64,000 bases of DNA. It comes from an uncultured Chloroflexia bacterium (GTDB lineage Bacteria > Chloroflexota > Dehalococcoidia > SM23-28-2 > RBG-16-64-32). Below the pieces are notes generated by a model. The model was not told where the DNA came from, did not search any database, and saw only the letters and a list, made by a program, of their open reading frames with translations. Shown here piece by piece: positions 18,773 to 28,158 of this stretch. Positions within the stretch are counted from its first letter, which is position 1, and every line of letters starts with the position of its first letter. Position numbers and translations under genes: made by a program. The stretch spans positions 2,134,978 through 2,198,977 of the forward strand of contig CAVQVC010000001.1 of the NCBI GenBank assembly GCA_963717065.1, given 5' to 3'.

Positions 18773-19481
18773 TCACGGTTCTTGATTCCCGCCGGGCGCT
18801 ACGAGGCGCTCCACCTGGAGGAAGTCGAGCTCCACCGGCGTCTCGCGGCCGAAGATGGAGACGGCGACCTTGACCTTGCCCTTCTCCGCGTTGATCTCTT
18901 CCACCGTGCCCACGAAGTCCGAGAACGGCCCGTCGATGACGCGCACGCTCTGGCCGGCCTGGAAGCCAACCTTCACGCGCGGCTCCTCCGCCTTCATCTG
19001 CTTGATGATCGAGCGGACCTCGCGCCTCTTCGAGCGGCGTCGGCGCGGTGCCGGAGCCGACGAAGCCGGTGACGCCCGGTGAGTTGCGGACGACGGTCCA
19101 GGCCTTGCTGGACAGCGCCTTGTCCTGCTCGGTGGCGGCCGGGTCTTCCTGCTTCAGCGTGATCATCTGCACCAGCACGTAGCCGGGGAAGATCTTGCGG
19201 GGCACCGTGCGCCGCTGCCCGTCCCGAATCTCGATCTCCTCGACCGACGGGACGACGACGCGGAAGACGAGGTCTTCCGCGTCCATCGACTTGATGCGCT
19301 GGTCCAGGTTCGTCTTGCACCTGTCCTCGTAGCCGGAGTAGGTGTGGACGACGTACCAGGCGCGTCCGCCGGGAACAGCTCCTCCTCCGGAGATGATCTC
19401 CCGCTGCTTCGGGCTATCGCCGTTCGCCGGCTGCTGCATCTCGTCGACCAGCTGCTCTGCCGCCTTCTTCTTCTTCGCCAA
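18773..19481 (-). pseudogene. nusG: Transcription antitermination factor NusG, one frameshift (about 19028); TTG start proposed
   Basis: (M)[69 protein letters not shown] is followed by [72 protein letters not shown] (KOW) in another frame. An aaggcgga SD precedes the TTG. Confidence 0.8.
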
Positions 19482-19491
19482 CTCTTCCGCC

Positions 19492-19836
19492 TTACTCAGC
19501 CAGGCATCCTGGCTGAGCAACAGCTTGTCGATCAGCCAGCCGAAGGCGATGTCGATGCCGCCCAGGACCGCGCCGATGATGATCGTGACGATCAACGACG
19601 ACGACCGTCAGGTGCACGACGTCCTCGCGCGACGGCCAGACGACCTTGCGCAGCTCGCTGATGATGTCCATCACGAAGCGCGGCCGCCAGGCAAGGACTC
19701 CGCCCCGGCTCGTTGCCGCCTGTCGCTGGCGCGGAGCCTGGGCCGTCCGCGGCATCGCGCTCCGCGGTGGCCGTTGCGTACCCGATTTCGCCTTGGCTTC
19801 CGCCTGGCGTTGCTGCCGCCGGACCGCGCGGTTCAA
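19492..19836 (-). pseudogene. secE: Preprotein translocase subunit SecE, with the TM segment thrown out of frame by two compensating indels
   Basis: The start frame gives ..[30 protein letters not shown] and ends GCLAE*. The TM helix IVTIIIGAVLGGIDIAFGWLIDKLLL is encoded in a different frame between about 19598 and about 19510. Confidence 0.75.
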
Positions 19837-19844
19837 GGTGGCTC

Positions 19845-20011
19845 CTAGCGCGCTTCTCTGTGGACGCGGTGCTGGCGGCAGCGCGGGCAGTACTTCCGCA
19901 ACTCCAGGCGGTCCGGATCGTTCCGCCGGTTCTTTTCGCGTCGTGTAGGTACGCTGGCGGCACTCGGTGCACGCCAGGTCTATCGCTCACGCGGTCTTCC
20001 TTCTTCGCCAT
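19845..20011 (-). pseudogene. rpmG: 50S ribosomal protein L33, two frameshifts
   Basis: MAKKEDRV / [15 protein letters not shown] / [29 protein letters not shown] were recovered from three frames. The span is 167 nt. Confidence 0.8.
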
Positions 20012-20024
20012 CGATCTCCAGTCT

Positions 20025-21226
<1,202 letters not shown>

Positions 21227-21378
21227 TCTGGGAGTTCCTCCTGTGTTCTCGGGTGCTCTGCGGGCGGCTCTACCGCGGCCCGAAGGCCGACCTGCCTATG
21301 ATAACGCGGCGTATCTGTACAGGGAACATCCGCCCCGGCCAGCTCGCCGCTATGTCGTTCACCGTTCGCTTCCGCTAC

Positions 21379-21454
21379 TGGAGCCCACGACCGGACTCGA
21401 ACCGGCGACCCCGTTCTTACCAAGAACGTGCTCTACCAACTGAGCTACGTGGGC
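21379..21454 (-). tRNA. tRNA-Thr (anticodon GGU), CCA encoded
   Basis: The minus strand reads GCCCACGTAGCTCAGTTGGTAGAGCACGTTCTTGGTAAGAACGGGGTCGCCGGTTCGAGTCCGGTCGTGGGCTCCA. It has a 7-bp acceptor stem, a GTTCGAGTC T-loop and the anticodon loop TTGGTAA. Confidence 0.92.
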
Positions 21455-21485
21455 CTGGTACTTCGCTCCTACTCACCGCCAGTAC

Positions 21486-21573
21486 TGGTGGCGGGAGCAG
21501 GATTCGAACCTGCGTAGCCCGTCAGGGCGCCGAGTTTACAGCCCGGTGCAATTGACCGCTCTGCCATCCCGCC
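21486..21573 (-). tRNA. tRNA-Tyr (anticodon GUA), long variable arm, CCA encoded
   Basis: The minus strand reads GGCGGGATGGCAGAGCGGTCAATTGCACCGGGCTGTAAACTCGGCGCCCTGACGGGCTACGCAGGTTCGAATCCTGCTCCCGCCACCA. The acceptor stem pairs and the anticodon loop is CTGTAAA. Confidence 0.9.
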
Positions 21574-21653
21574 AGCTTCGTCGGGAACTCACAGTGGCGA
21601 GGAACTGATAGCGCTGGCCCGCTCTGTTCCTGACTCCCGGCTTCCTTTCGCTC

Positions 21654-21728
21654 TGGAGCCGAAGGTGGGATTCGAACCCACAACCTAGCGATTACAAATC
21701 GCTTGCGCTACCATTGCGCCACTTCGGC
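21654..21728 (-). tRNA. tRNA-Thr (anticodon UGU), CCA encoded
   Basis: The minus strand reads GCCGAAGTGGCGCAATGGTAGCGCAAGCGATTTGTAATCGCTAGGTTGTGGGTTCGAATCCCACCTTCGGCTCCA. The acceptor stem pairs and the anticodon loop is TTTGTAA. Confidence 0.9.
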
Positions 21729-22283
21729 CTGAGGTACGCCCCTGCGCGAACTTCCTCTCGGAAGATATACAAAAAAAGTTCGCCCCTTCGGAGCGACCAT
21801 ATCCACTATAGAATCGCCCTCTAACAAAGTCAAGTTGAAACCCTGATACCCAGCTTCGAGGGCCTTGAGCCATGATAAAATGTCGAGCAGGGCAAGAACA
21901 TGAGATTTGCACAGGCTAGGGAGTTCACACGATCCGTCCTCTTCGCCGACGTTATGGCCTCGTGACGGGTGTCCCGTTGATCCATCCTCTCGATGATTCT
22001 CGATGCTGTTGCCAGCCTTGCTCGATCGCGAGCGACGGTGAAGCATGGCTGGCCTCGGAACGGCAATAGTGCATCCTCCTCGGGCTCTTTGTACTGGTCA
22101 CGTACTACGTATTGTCCACTGTTGCGCTGATGCGCGGTCTGGATCGCCGCGAGCTTCTCCTGGGCTGCGCGATTCGTCCGTAGACACGACTGACTCGGGC
22201 TTTTCTTCCTCGGCAATCCCCGCTTGTCGGCCCACCGTACATCCTTCAGGCGTACGATACGTTAATCAAGGAGACGCAAGCCC

Positions 22284-22742
22284 ATGCTCATGCGCTACAT
22301 CGCCATCCCCGCCCTCGTCGTCGCCTCACTCCTCGTCGCATCGTGCAGCGACGACGACGAAACCAACCCGGGCAGCGGTCAGACCGACGAGCCGGCGAAG
22401 ACCGTCGAAGTCGAGATGACCATCGAAGACTTCTCGTTCGACCCCGCCGTCATCAACGCCGATCTCGGCGATGAGATCGTCGTCGGGCTCCACAACGACG
22501 GCGAGCAGCAGCACACCTTCACGATCAGCGAGTTCCTCGTCGACGAGACCCTCGATTCCGGCCAGGACACCGACGTCACCTTCGTTCCCAGTGAGGCCGG
22601 CGAGTTCACCTTCTTCTGCCGCAACCACCCGGACACGATGCAAGGCACCTTGACTATCGCCGGCTCGAGCGGTGCAGCCGCCGACCCCACAGCCACCCCC
22701 GACAGCGACTACGAAGGCGGCGGCTCCGGCCTCGGGTATTAG
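22284..22742 (+). CDS. Cupredoxin-domain (blue copper) lipoprotein
   Basis: 152-aa ORF with lipobox LLVASC. It has a type-1 Cu ligand pattern: His in QQHTFTI plus FFCRNHPDTMQG (C-x2-H-x3-M). Confidence 0.75.
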   Translation: MLMRYIAIPALVVASLLVASCSDDDETNPGSGQTDEPAKTVEVEMTIEDFSFDPAVINADLGDEIVVGLHNDGEQQHTFTISEFLVDETLDSGQDTDVTFVPSEAGEFTFFCRNHPDTMQGTLTIAGSSGAAADPTATPDSDYEGGGSGLGY

Positions 22743-22754
22743 GCGACCGCCAGT

Positions 22755-22933
22755 CGTACGGGCTACCGGCTGGTCGCCCTAGCATCTCGCATCAGCATCT
22801 CCGACGGATTTCCCGAGCAGCGCGATTGCCGTAGGCGGCTACCCGGCAGGTCGCCCCAGCATCCCGCACCGGCAGCCACGCGCCGACTTGCGGATCAGCA
22901 CCGTCGTTGGGGCGACCGGCCGGTAGCCCCTAC
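22755..22933. repeat. Cluster of three REP-like ~25-nt GC-rich elements (two in one orientation, one inverted)
   Basis: gtacgggctaccggctggtcgccc (22755-22778), gtaggcggctacccggcaggtcgcccc (22831-22857) and the inverted ggggcgaccggccggtagcccctac (22908-22933). The 16-mer ggccggtagcccctac recurs exactly at 32661-32676. Confidence 0.6.
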
Positions 22934-22979
22934 AGTCTCCCGGCGATTCGCGTCTAAAGAGGGGCCTGGAAAACGGACT

Positions 22980-23189
22980 GTGGGTTCGTTCGTCGGCGGC
23001 TTCAAGGCGGCCACGACTGCGCGGATCAACCAGCTTCGGCAATCGCCAGGGACGCCGGTGTGGCAGCGCAATTACTACGACCGAGTCATCCGAGACGAAC
23101 ACGAACTCGAGCACGCCCGAGAATACATCCTCGGCAACCCGGGCAAGTGGGCCGAAGACAAGCACAATCCCGAGGACCAAGCGGCTTAG
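22980..23189 (+). mobile_element. Truncated REP-associated tyrosine transposase (RAYT / IS200-like Y1 transposase), C-terminal fragment only
   Basis: 69-aa ORF ..TPVWQRNYYDRVIRDEHELEHAREYILGNPGKWAEDKH matches the conserved C-terminus of RAYT/IS200-like proteins. The catalytic N-terminal HUH/Tyr part is absent. REP-like elements lie directly upstream. Confidence 0.65.
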
Positions 23190-23638
23190 CTGCGCTTACT
23201 CCGGCCGCCAGCTCGTCCCCTCCGCGCCGTCTTAAGTGCGTCAGTTCGCTTACGCGATGCCACCTTCCAGTACGCATACGAGCCGATCAACGTGACGAGG
23301 CCCATTGCCGCCGCACCTGGAATGAGTACAAGGTTCCCGGTCACCACGGCGAGTGCCGCTAAGAGAAGCGGTAGTCCTCCTCCGGATATCGTGGCCTTTC
23401 TCCAGTAGCGCTCTGGTGATGCATCGAGCAAGTCTTTGTCGCCGATAGCTTCGAACGGTTTACGCGTGACAAATATGAGAAGGGCGATGATTCCCGCGAT
23501 AACTGCGCCCACGGCGAACAATTCAACGAATCCCCTGGTGGATCCAGGGTCAATTGCAGCAAACATGGCTGCTGCAATGAGGCCTACCGCCAGCCAAGTC
23601 AGAGCTGGCAGCAACCGAGTCATGGTCCCAGACGACAC
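23186..23638 (-). CDS. Hypothetical membrane protein (4 predicted TM helices)
   Basis: 150-aa ORF with hydrophobic stretches LLPALTWLAVGLIAAAMFAAI, LFAVGAVIAGIIALLIFV, LPLLLAALAVVTGNLVLIPGAAAMGLVTLIG and a basic C-terminal tail. GC is lower than in the flanks. Confidence 0.5.
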   Translation of the reverse strand: MSSGTMTRLLPALTWLAVGLIAAAMFAAIDPGSTRGFVELFAVGAVIAGIIALLIFVTRKPFEAIGDKDLLDASPERYWRKATISGGGLPLLLAALAVVTGNLVLIPGAAAMGLVTLIGSYAYWKVASRKRTDALKTARRGRAGGRSKRS

Positions 23639-23650
23639 GGGGGTCGAGCT

Positions 23651-25021
23651 CTACTCCCGCACCCGCCAGCGCGTCCCTTCCGCGCCGTCCTCCAGAACGA
23701 TCCCCGCCTCCTCCAGCCCATTCCGGATGCGGTCCGCCAGCTCGAACTCGCGTTTGGCGCGCAGCTCGTTCCGCAGCTCCACCAGCAGGTCGATGAACGG
23801 CCCCGCCGCCTGCGCCGCCTCCGGCTCCTCCAGCGTCAGACCCAGCACCCCCGCCAGCTCCCGCAGCGTCGCCTGCGCCTCCTCTATCGGCCGACCCTCG
23901 TCGCGGCCGCGGTTGATCTCTCGAGCCAGGTCGAACATCGCCGCCAGCCCGCCTGACGTGTTCAGGTCGTCGTCCATCGACTCGATGAAGCGCTCGTAGT
24001 AGGGCCGCCCGTCCACCGGACCGACGCCTCCAGCGGCCTGTTGCGGTAGCCGCGCCGCCAGCCGTAGCCGCTCTGCCGCCCGCTTCGCCGCCTCCAGGTT
24101 CTCCGGCGCGTAGGCCAGAGGCCCCCGGTAGTGCGAGCCGAGAATAAACACCTTGACCGCATCCAGGCCGTAGGAGTCGAGCGCCTCGTAGATCGGCACC
24201 AGGTTCCCCAGGTGCCGCGTCATCTTCTCTTCCTGGTCCGGCAGCCGCATCAGGCCGTTGTGCACCCAGAAGCGCACGAACGGCTGCTTGCCCGTGTAGG
24301 CCTCGCTCTGCGCGATCTCGTTCTCGTGATGCGGGAAGATCAGGTCCTGCCCGCCGCCGTGGATGTCCAGCGTCTCTCCCAGGTGCCGTAGCGACATCGC
24401 CGAGCACTCGATGTGCCACCCGGGGCGGCCCTTTCCCCAGGGGCTGTCCCAGGCCGGCTCGCCTTCTTTCGCGCCCTTCCAGAGCACGAAGTCCGCCGGG
24501 TCCTCTTTCTGCTCACCCGGCTCGATCCGCGCTCCCGCCATCAGGTCGTCAACGTTGCGCCCGGAGAGCTTGCCGTAGTCATCCTTCTTGCGTACCCGAT
24601 AGTAGACGTCGCCGCCGGCCTCGTACGCATACCCGGTCTCGATCAGCTTGGATACCATTTCGATGATGGCCGGGATCTCGTGCGTCGCCCGTGGGTAGAC
24701 ATGCGCAGGCTGCACGCCGAGCGCCTTCATGTCCTTGTGGAACTGGTCGATATACTTCTCGGCGAGCGCCTCGATCGTCGTGTTCTGCGCCTGCGCCCGC
24801 AGAATGATCTTGTCCTCGATGTCCGTGAAGTTCTGCACGTGCTTTACGCGGAAGCCACGGAACTCCAGGTAGCGACGGAGGACGTCGAAGATGATGTAGC
24901 TCATCGCGTGGCCCAGGTGCGCGGCGTCGTACAGGTTGGGCCCGCAGACGTACATCAGCACCTCGTCGCCGGCAGGAGCGAACTCCTCGACTTTGCGGCT
25001 CAGAGTGCTGTAGAGCCTCAC
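23651..25021 (-). CDS. cysS: Cysteine--tRNA ligase
   Basis: 456-aa intact ORF with MYVCGPNLYDAAHLGHA (HIGH-type), KMTRHLGN (KMSKS-type) and the zinc ligand context CSAM. It overlaps the cysE stop by 4 nt. Confidence 0.92.
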   Translation of the reverse strand: MRLYSTLSRKVEEFAPAGDEVLMYVCGPNLYDAAHLGHAMSYIIFDVLRRYLEFRGFRVKHVQNFTDIEDKIILRAQAQNTTIEALAEKYIDQFHKDMKALGVQPAHVYPRATHEIPAIIEMVSKLIETGYAYEAGGDVYYRVRKKDDYGKLSGRNVDDLMAGARIEPGEQKEDPADFVLWKGAKEGEPAWDSPWGKGRPGWHIECSAMSLRHLGETLDIHGGGQDLIFPHHENEIAQSEAYTGKQPFVRFWVHNGLMRLPDQEEKMTRHLGNLVPIYEALDSYGLDAVKVFILGSHYRGPLAYAPENLEAAKRAAERLRLAARLPQQAAGGVGPVDGRPYYERFIESMDDDLNTSGGLAAMFDLAREINRGRDEGRPIEEAQATLRELAGVLGLTLEEPEAAQAAGPFIDLLVELRNELRAKREFELADRIRNGLEEAGIVLEDGAEGTRWRVRE

Positions 25022-25734
25022 TTCGGCTCCTTCGCCGGGCCACGGTGCGCGGCGCTACTGCGCCGGCGCGCCGGCCGCGGCGGGTCGGGCGCTTCCGCCT
25101 TCTCACCGTCAACCTTCGCCAGCCGGGCTTCCAGTTCGGCGACGCGGCCTTCCAGCTCCTCGATGATGTCCCACTCCGGGTCCGGCAGCCGCAGGACGGT
25201 GTCGTTGTCGGGGTTCGTGTAGGCGACGATGTGGCCCGGCACGCCGACAACGGTCGCGTTCGGCGGGACATTGGTCACAACGACCGATCCGGCGCCGATC
25301 TTCGCGTTCTCACCGATCGTCACGTCACCGATCACCTTGGCGCCGGCGCCGACCGTGACGTTCTTAACCAGCGTCGGGTGCCGCTTCGCGCGACGCGTGC
25401 TCGTCCCGCCCAGGGTCACGCCCTGGAGCAAGTGGCAGTTGTCGCCGATGATCGCCGTCTCGCCGATCACGACGCCCATCCCATGGTCGATGAACAACCC
25501 CTCGCCGATCGTCGCTCCCGGGTGGATCTCGATGCCCGTGACCCAGCGGTTCACGTGCGAGACCACGCGCGCCGTCACCCGCAAACCACGCTTGTTCAGC
25601 GTGTTGGCGAAGCGGTGCAGCTGCCGCGCGTGGAACCCCGGATAGGTGAACACTACCTCGAGGTCGCTCGTGGCGGCAGGGTCGCGTTCGCGCGCCGCCT
25701 TGATGTCACGTCTGATACTGTCCAAAAGGCCCAT
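25018..25734 (-). CDS. cysE: Serine O-acetyltransferase with coiled/basic C-terminal extension
   Basis: 238-aa ORF with ERDPAATS..VFTYPGFHA and hexapeptide repeats (GIEIHPGATIGEGLFIDHGMGVVIGETAIIGDN..LGG). Confidence 0.9.
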   Translation of the reverse strand: MGLLDSIRRDIKAARERDPAATSDLEVVFTYPGFHARQLHRFANTLNKRGLRVTARVVSHVNRWVTGIEIHPGATIGEGLFIDHGMGVVIGETAIIGDNCHLLQGVTLGGTSTRRAKRHPTLVKNVTVGAGAKVIGDVTIGENAKIGAGSVVVTNVPPNATVVGVPGHIVAYTNPDNDTVLRLPDPEWDIIEELEGRVAELEARLAKVDGEKAEAPDPPRPARRRSSAAHRGPAKEPK

Positions 25735-25918
25735 GGCCTATCTCCCGTCGATTGTTTCCGGCCCATCGCGGACCGGATGTAGTTAAATGCCAGCCGCTGT
25801 TACTGGCCCCGGTCTAGTGTACCGGGGCCGCCATACAGGAGCAGGCCAATGACGGGAGCAAACGCATCGTAGGAGCCATTATACCCGACCGTTGCAATCA
25901 ACAACCAAGAACTCCGGG

Positions 25919-26399
25919 CTAATCCGCGGCTTCCCGCACCAGCGCCACCGCCATCGCCGCTATCCCTTCACCACGGCCGATCGCTCCCAGCCCCTCGTTC
26001 GTCGTCGCCTTCACGTTGACTCGCGCAGTCTCGATGCCTAGCGGCGCTCGCCAAGTGCCTGCGCATTTCCAGGATTTGCTCCGCAAGACGCGGCTTCTCG
26101 GCGATCACCGTGGAGTCGATGGAATCCACCCAGACCTTCTTATCGGTGAGGAGCTTCGCGGTACTCCGCAGCAACTCAACGCTGTCAGCACTCTCATAGG
26201 CTGGGTCATCGGGCGGGAAGTGCGTGCCGATATCCCCCAGTCCCGCCGCCCCCAGCACTGCGTCGATCACCGCGTGCACCAGCACATCCGCGTCGCTGTG
26301 CCCCGCCAACCCCGTCTCGCCGGAGAACTCGACGCCGCCCAGCACCAGCCGCCGCCCGTCTTCGAAGCGATGGATGTCGTACCCGATGCCTACGCGCAT
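25919..26399 (-). pseudogene. ispF: 2-C-methyl-D-erythritol 2,4-cyclodiphosphate synthase, one frameshift (about 26045)
   Basis: MRVGIGYDIHRFEDGRRLVLGGVEF..GHSDADVLVHA..IIAEKPRLAEQILEMRRHLA is followed by LGIETARVNVKATTNEGLGAIGRGEGIAAMAVALVREAAD* in another frame. The span is 481 nt. Confidence 0.88.
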
Positions 26400-26414
26400 T
26401 GGGTTAGTGCGCTC

Positions 26415-27121
26415 TCATATCCGCGGACCGATCAGCCTCTGAGGCTCGACACGCCCCTCCAACAACGCCCTCACCACCTCCAAATCCACCGCAACCGTCA
26501 CCTTGAGGTTCCGCCGATCCCCCTCGAACACCCGTACCGGCTCCCCCAGGGCTTCGACCATCGCGGCGTCATCGGTCACGTCTTCGGTGATCTCCCGATG
26601 AGCCCTAAGGAGGAGCTCATAGCGGAACACTTCCGGAGTCTGAACAGCCCACAACCGGCTCCGGTTGACTGTCCGCATCACCAGACCATCTGCGCCGGCT
26701 TGCTTCACTGTGTCCGCGATTCGTACCCCCGGCACCGCCGCTCCCGTCTCCCGGGCAGCGGCCAGCCCGCGTTCGATCAGCGCCACCGTCACCAGCGGCC
26801 GCCCGCCGTCGTGCACGGCAACGTAGTCGCAGGGCGTCAGCGCTTCCAGTCCCGCCCGCACCGAGTCCTGCCGCCGCGGGCCGCCCTCGACAACGGCAGC
26901 AACCTTCGTGAGCGAGTGCCGCTCCACCTGCTTCTGGCCCCGCGATACATTCTGCGCCGCCATCACCAGGACAACCGCGGATACCGCCATGCACTCCTCG
27001 AACGCGCGATCGCGTGGGCCAGCAACGGCTTCCCGGCCACTTCCGTGAATAGCTTGTCGGCGGCGCCCATGCGCTCACCGCTACCCGCGGCAACGATGAT
27101 CGCACCCAGCGTCTCACTCAC
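26415..27121 (-). pseudogene. ispD: 2-C-methyl-D-erythritol 4-phosphate cytidylyltransferase, one frameshift (about 26997)
   Basis: VSETLGAIIVAAGSGERMGAADKLFTEVAGKPLLAHAIAR is followed by (F)EECMAVSAVVLVMAA..VHDGGRPLV..VQTPEVF in the ORF 26415-26990 frame. A missing t in cgt-(t)tc-gag explains the shift. Confidence 0.88.
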
Positions 27122-27220
27122 ACTTCAAGGATACCGGCACGCGCCAGTCCATGCTCGTCCCTCCGGACAGCGCCTTTCAACGCGTTTCTGTTGAGAATTC
27201 TGCCGTCCGCAGACGACAGG

Positions 27221-27838
27221 CTAGGCTATCGCCTGGATCGCGGCCAGCCCGCCGGCACCCGCCGCCGCGAGCCACATGTTCTTGATCGTCTTCCCGGCCA
27301 GCACAGCCAGGAAGAAGTTCTTCAGCGGCATCTCAACCGCACCCGCCGCTATGCCCGCGACATCGAACAGCGGATTCGGCACGATGGACATCAAGAACAT
27401 CGTGATCGTCCCGTGGCGGTCCATCCAGCCGTGGATCCGCTCGTACCCCGGTTGGTTCTCGACGACGACGCGCCCGCCGTAGCCGGCCGCGTAGCCCACC
27501 ATCTCCCCGAGCGCCTCACCCAACCCGGCTACCAGGCCGATCCAGACGAACGCCGGTACTCCGAGGAAGTCATTGAGGACCGCACCCGCGCCGACCGTGC
27601 TCGCGGCCGCCGGGGATGGCAGGAAGATGGAGGCGGCGCCTATCAGGTTGATCATGAAGACGCCGACGTACCCGTAGCTCTTCAGGTTGCTGACGTCGGC
27701 GCTGAAGTAGAAGAAGGCGATCGCGAACAGCGTGAGCAGCAGGCCAACGCCGACGAGCAACGTGTACTCGAAGCGCCAAACGAATCGCCTGCCTGCCGTC
27801 GCTACCACTTCGCTCTCAGCCTCCTCCTGCACCCTCAT
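27221..27838 (-). CDS. VTT/SNARE-associated (DedA/YqaA-like) membrane protein
   Basis: 205-aa ORF with GYVGVFMINLIGAASIFLPSP..GLGEALGEMVGYAAG..MFLMSIVPNPLFDVAGIAAG, the pattern of VTT-domain proteins. It lies directly downstream of the riboswitch/terminator. Confidence 0.7.
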   Translation of the reverse strand: MRVQEEAESEVVATAGRRFVWRFEYTLLVGVGLLLTLFAIAFFYFSADVSNLKSYGYVGVFMINLIGAASIFLPSPAAASTVGAGAVLNDFLGVPAFVWIGLVAGLGEALGEMVGYAAGYGGRVVVENQPGYERIHGWMDRHGTITMFLMSIVPNPLFDVAGIAAGAVEMPLKNFFLAVLAGKTIKNMWLAAAGAGGLAAIQAIA

Positions 27839-27871
27839 CGTCCCGGCCCGAGAACGGGTCGCGACCCTTTA

Positions 27872-27901
27872 TCAAAAAAATTGAGGCGAGAGGCTCGCCT
27901 C
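27872..27901 (-). terminator. Intrinsic terminator forming the riboswitch expression platform
   Basis: The minus strand reads gaggcgag-ccu-cucgccuc (8-bp stem) followed by aauuuuuuug, 30 nt upstream of the 27838 start codon. Confidence 0.7.
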
Positions 27902-27927
27902 CCGCCTGCCGTAGGCGTCACGAATAA

Positions 27928-28062
27928 GCCTCTCCTTCGGTCGCCTGCGAGGTTAGCTGTCGGGTTCGGCGAGAAGGAGTCCGCCTATCCTTCCGAAGAA
28001 GGAATTCACCCCAAACGTTGGGTCCCCCGCTCCTTCCGCAAGCGGAAGGATTCGGCGCTCTG
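27928..28062 (-). promoter_or_regulatory. ydaO/kimA-type cyclic-di-AMP riboswitch aptamer
   Basis: The minus-strand RNA reads gcgccgaauccuuccgcuugcggaaggagcgggggacccaacguuuggggugaauuccuucuucggaaggauaggcggacuccuucucgccgaacccgacagcuaaccucgcaggcgaccgaagg. It contains the hallmark GGGGACCCA, GGGGUGAAU and CCGAACCCGACAGCUAACCUCG.AGGCG blocks as I remember them from RF00379. Confidence 0.7.
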
Positions 28063-28158
28063 CTATATATGACGTTCAGACCCTACCAAGGGTTTCCATA
28101 AGAGTCAAACGTTTTTTCGCCGCGACAGGTTACGTGAGTCTGTCGATTGGATCTGCTG

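Noticed and set aside
18756-19595. Apparent 279-aa SecE-TM/NusG fusion protein in the ORF track.
   Set aside because: The SecE start frame (19836) and its stop (19492) share one frame. Only the TM segment is displaced into the nusG frame by two compensating indels. nusG has its own SD plus a TTG start at 19481. The fusion is an artefact of the frameshifts.
21729-22283. Integrase or prophage remnant next to tRNA-Thr.
   Set aside because: I could recognise no tyrosine-recombinase motifs (R..HxxR..Y) in any frame and saw no direct repeat of the tRNA end. It is reported only as a low-interest compositional anomaly.
22839-23180. 113-aa minus-strand ORF overlapping the RAYT fragment and REP elements.
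   Set aside because: It is antisense to the conserved RAYT C-terminal motif and runs through the REP-like repeats (which translate as MLGRPAG-type peptides). There is no independent coding evidence.
25735-25918. Possible T-box or other leader RNA upstream of cysE-cysS, as in Firmicutes.
   Set aside because: A TATAAT box (minus strand, 25878-25883) and one hairpin (ggccccggt..accggggcc) are present. I could not find the T-box consensus (AGGGUGGUACCGCG-like) or a specifier/terminator arrangement.
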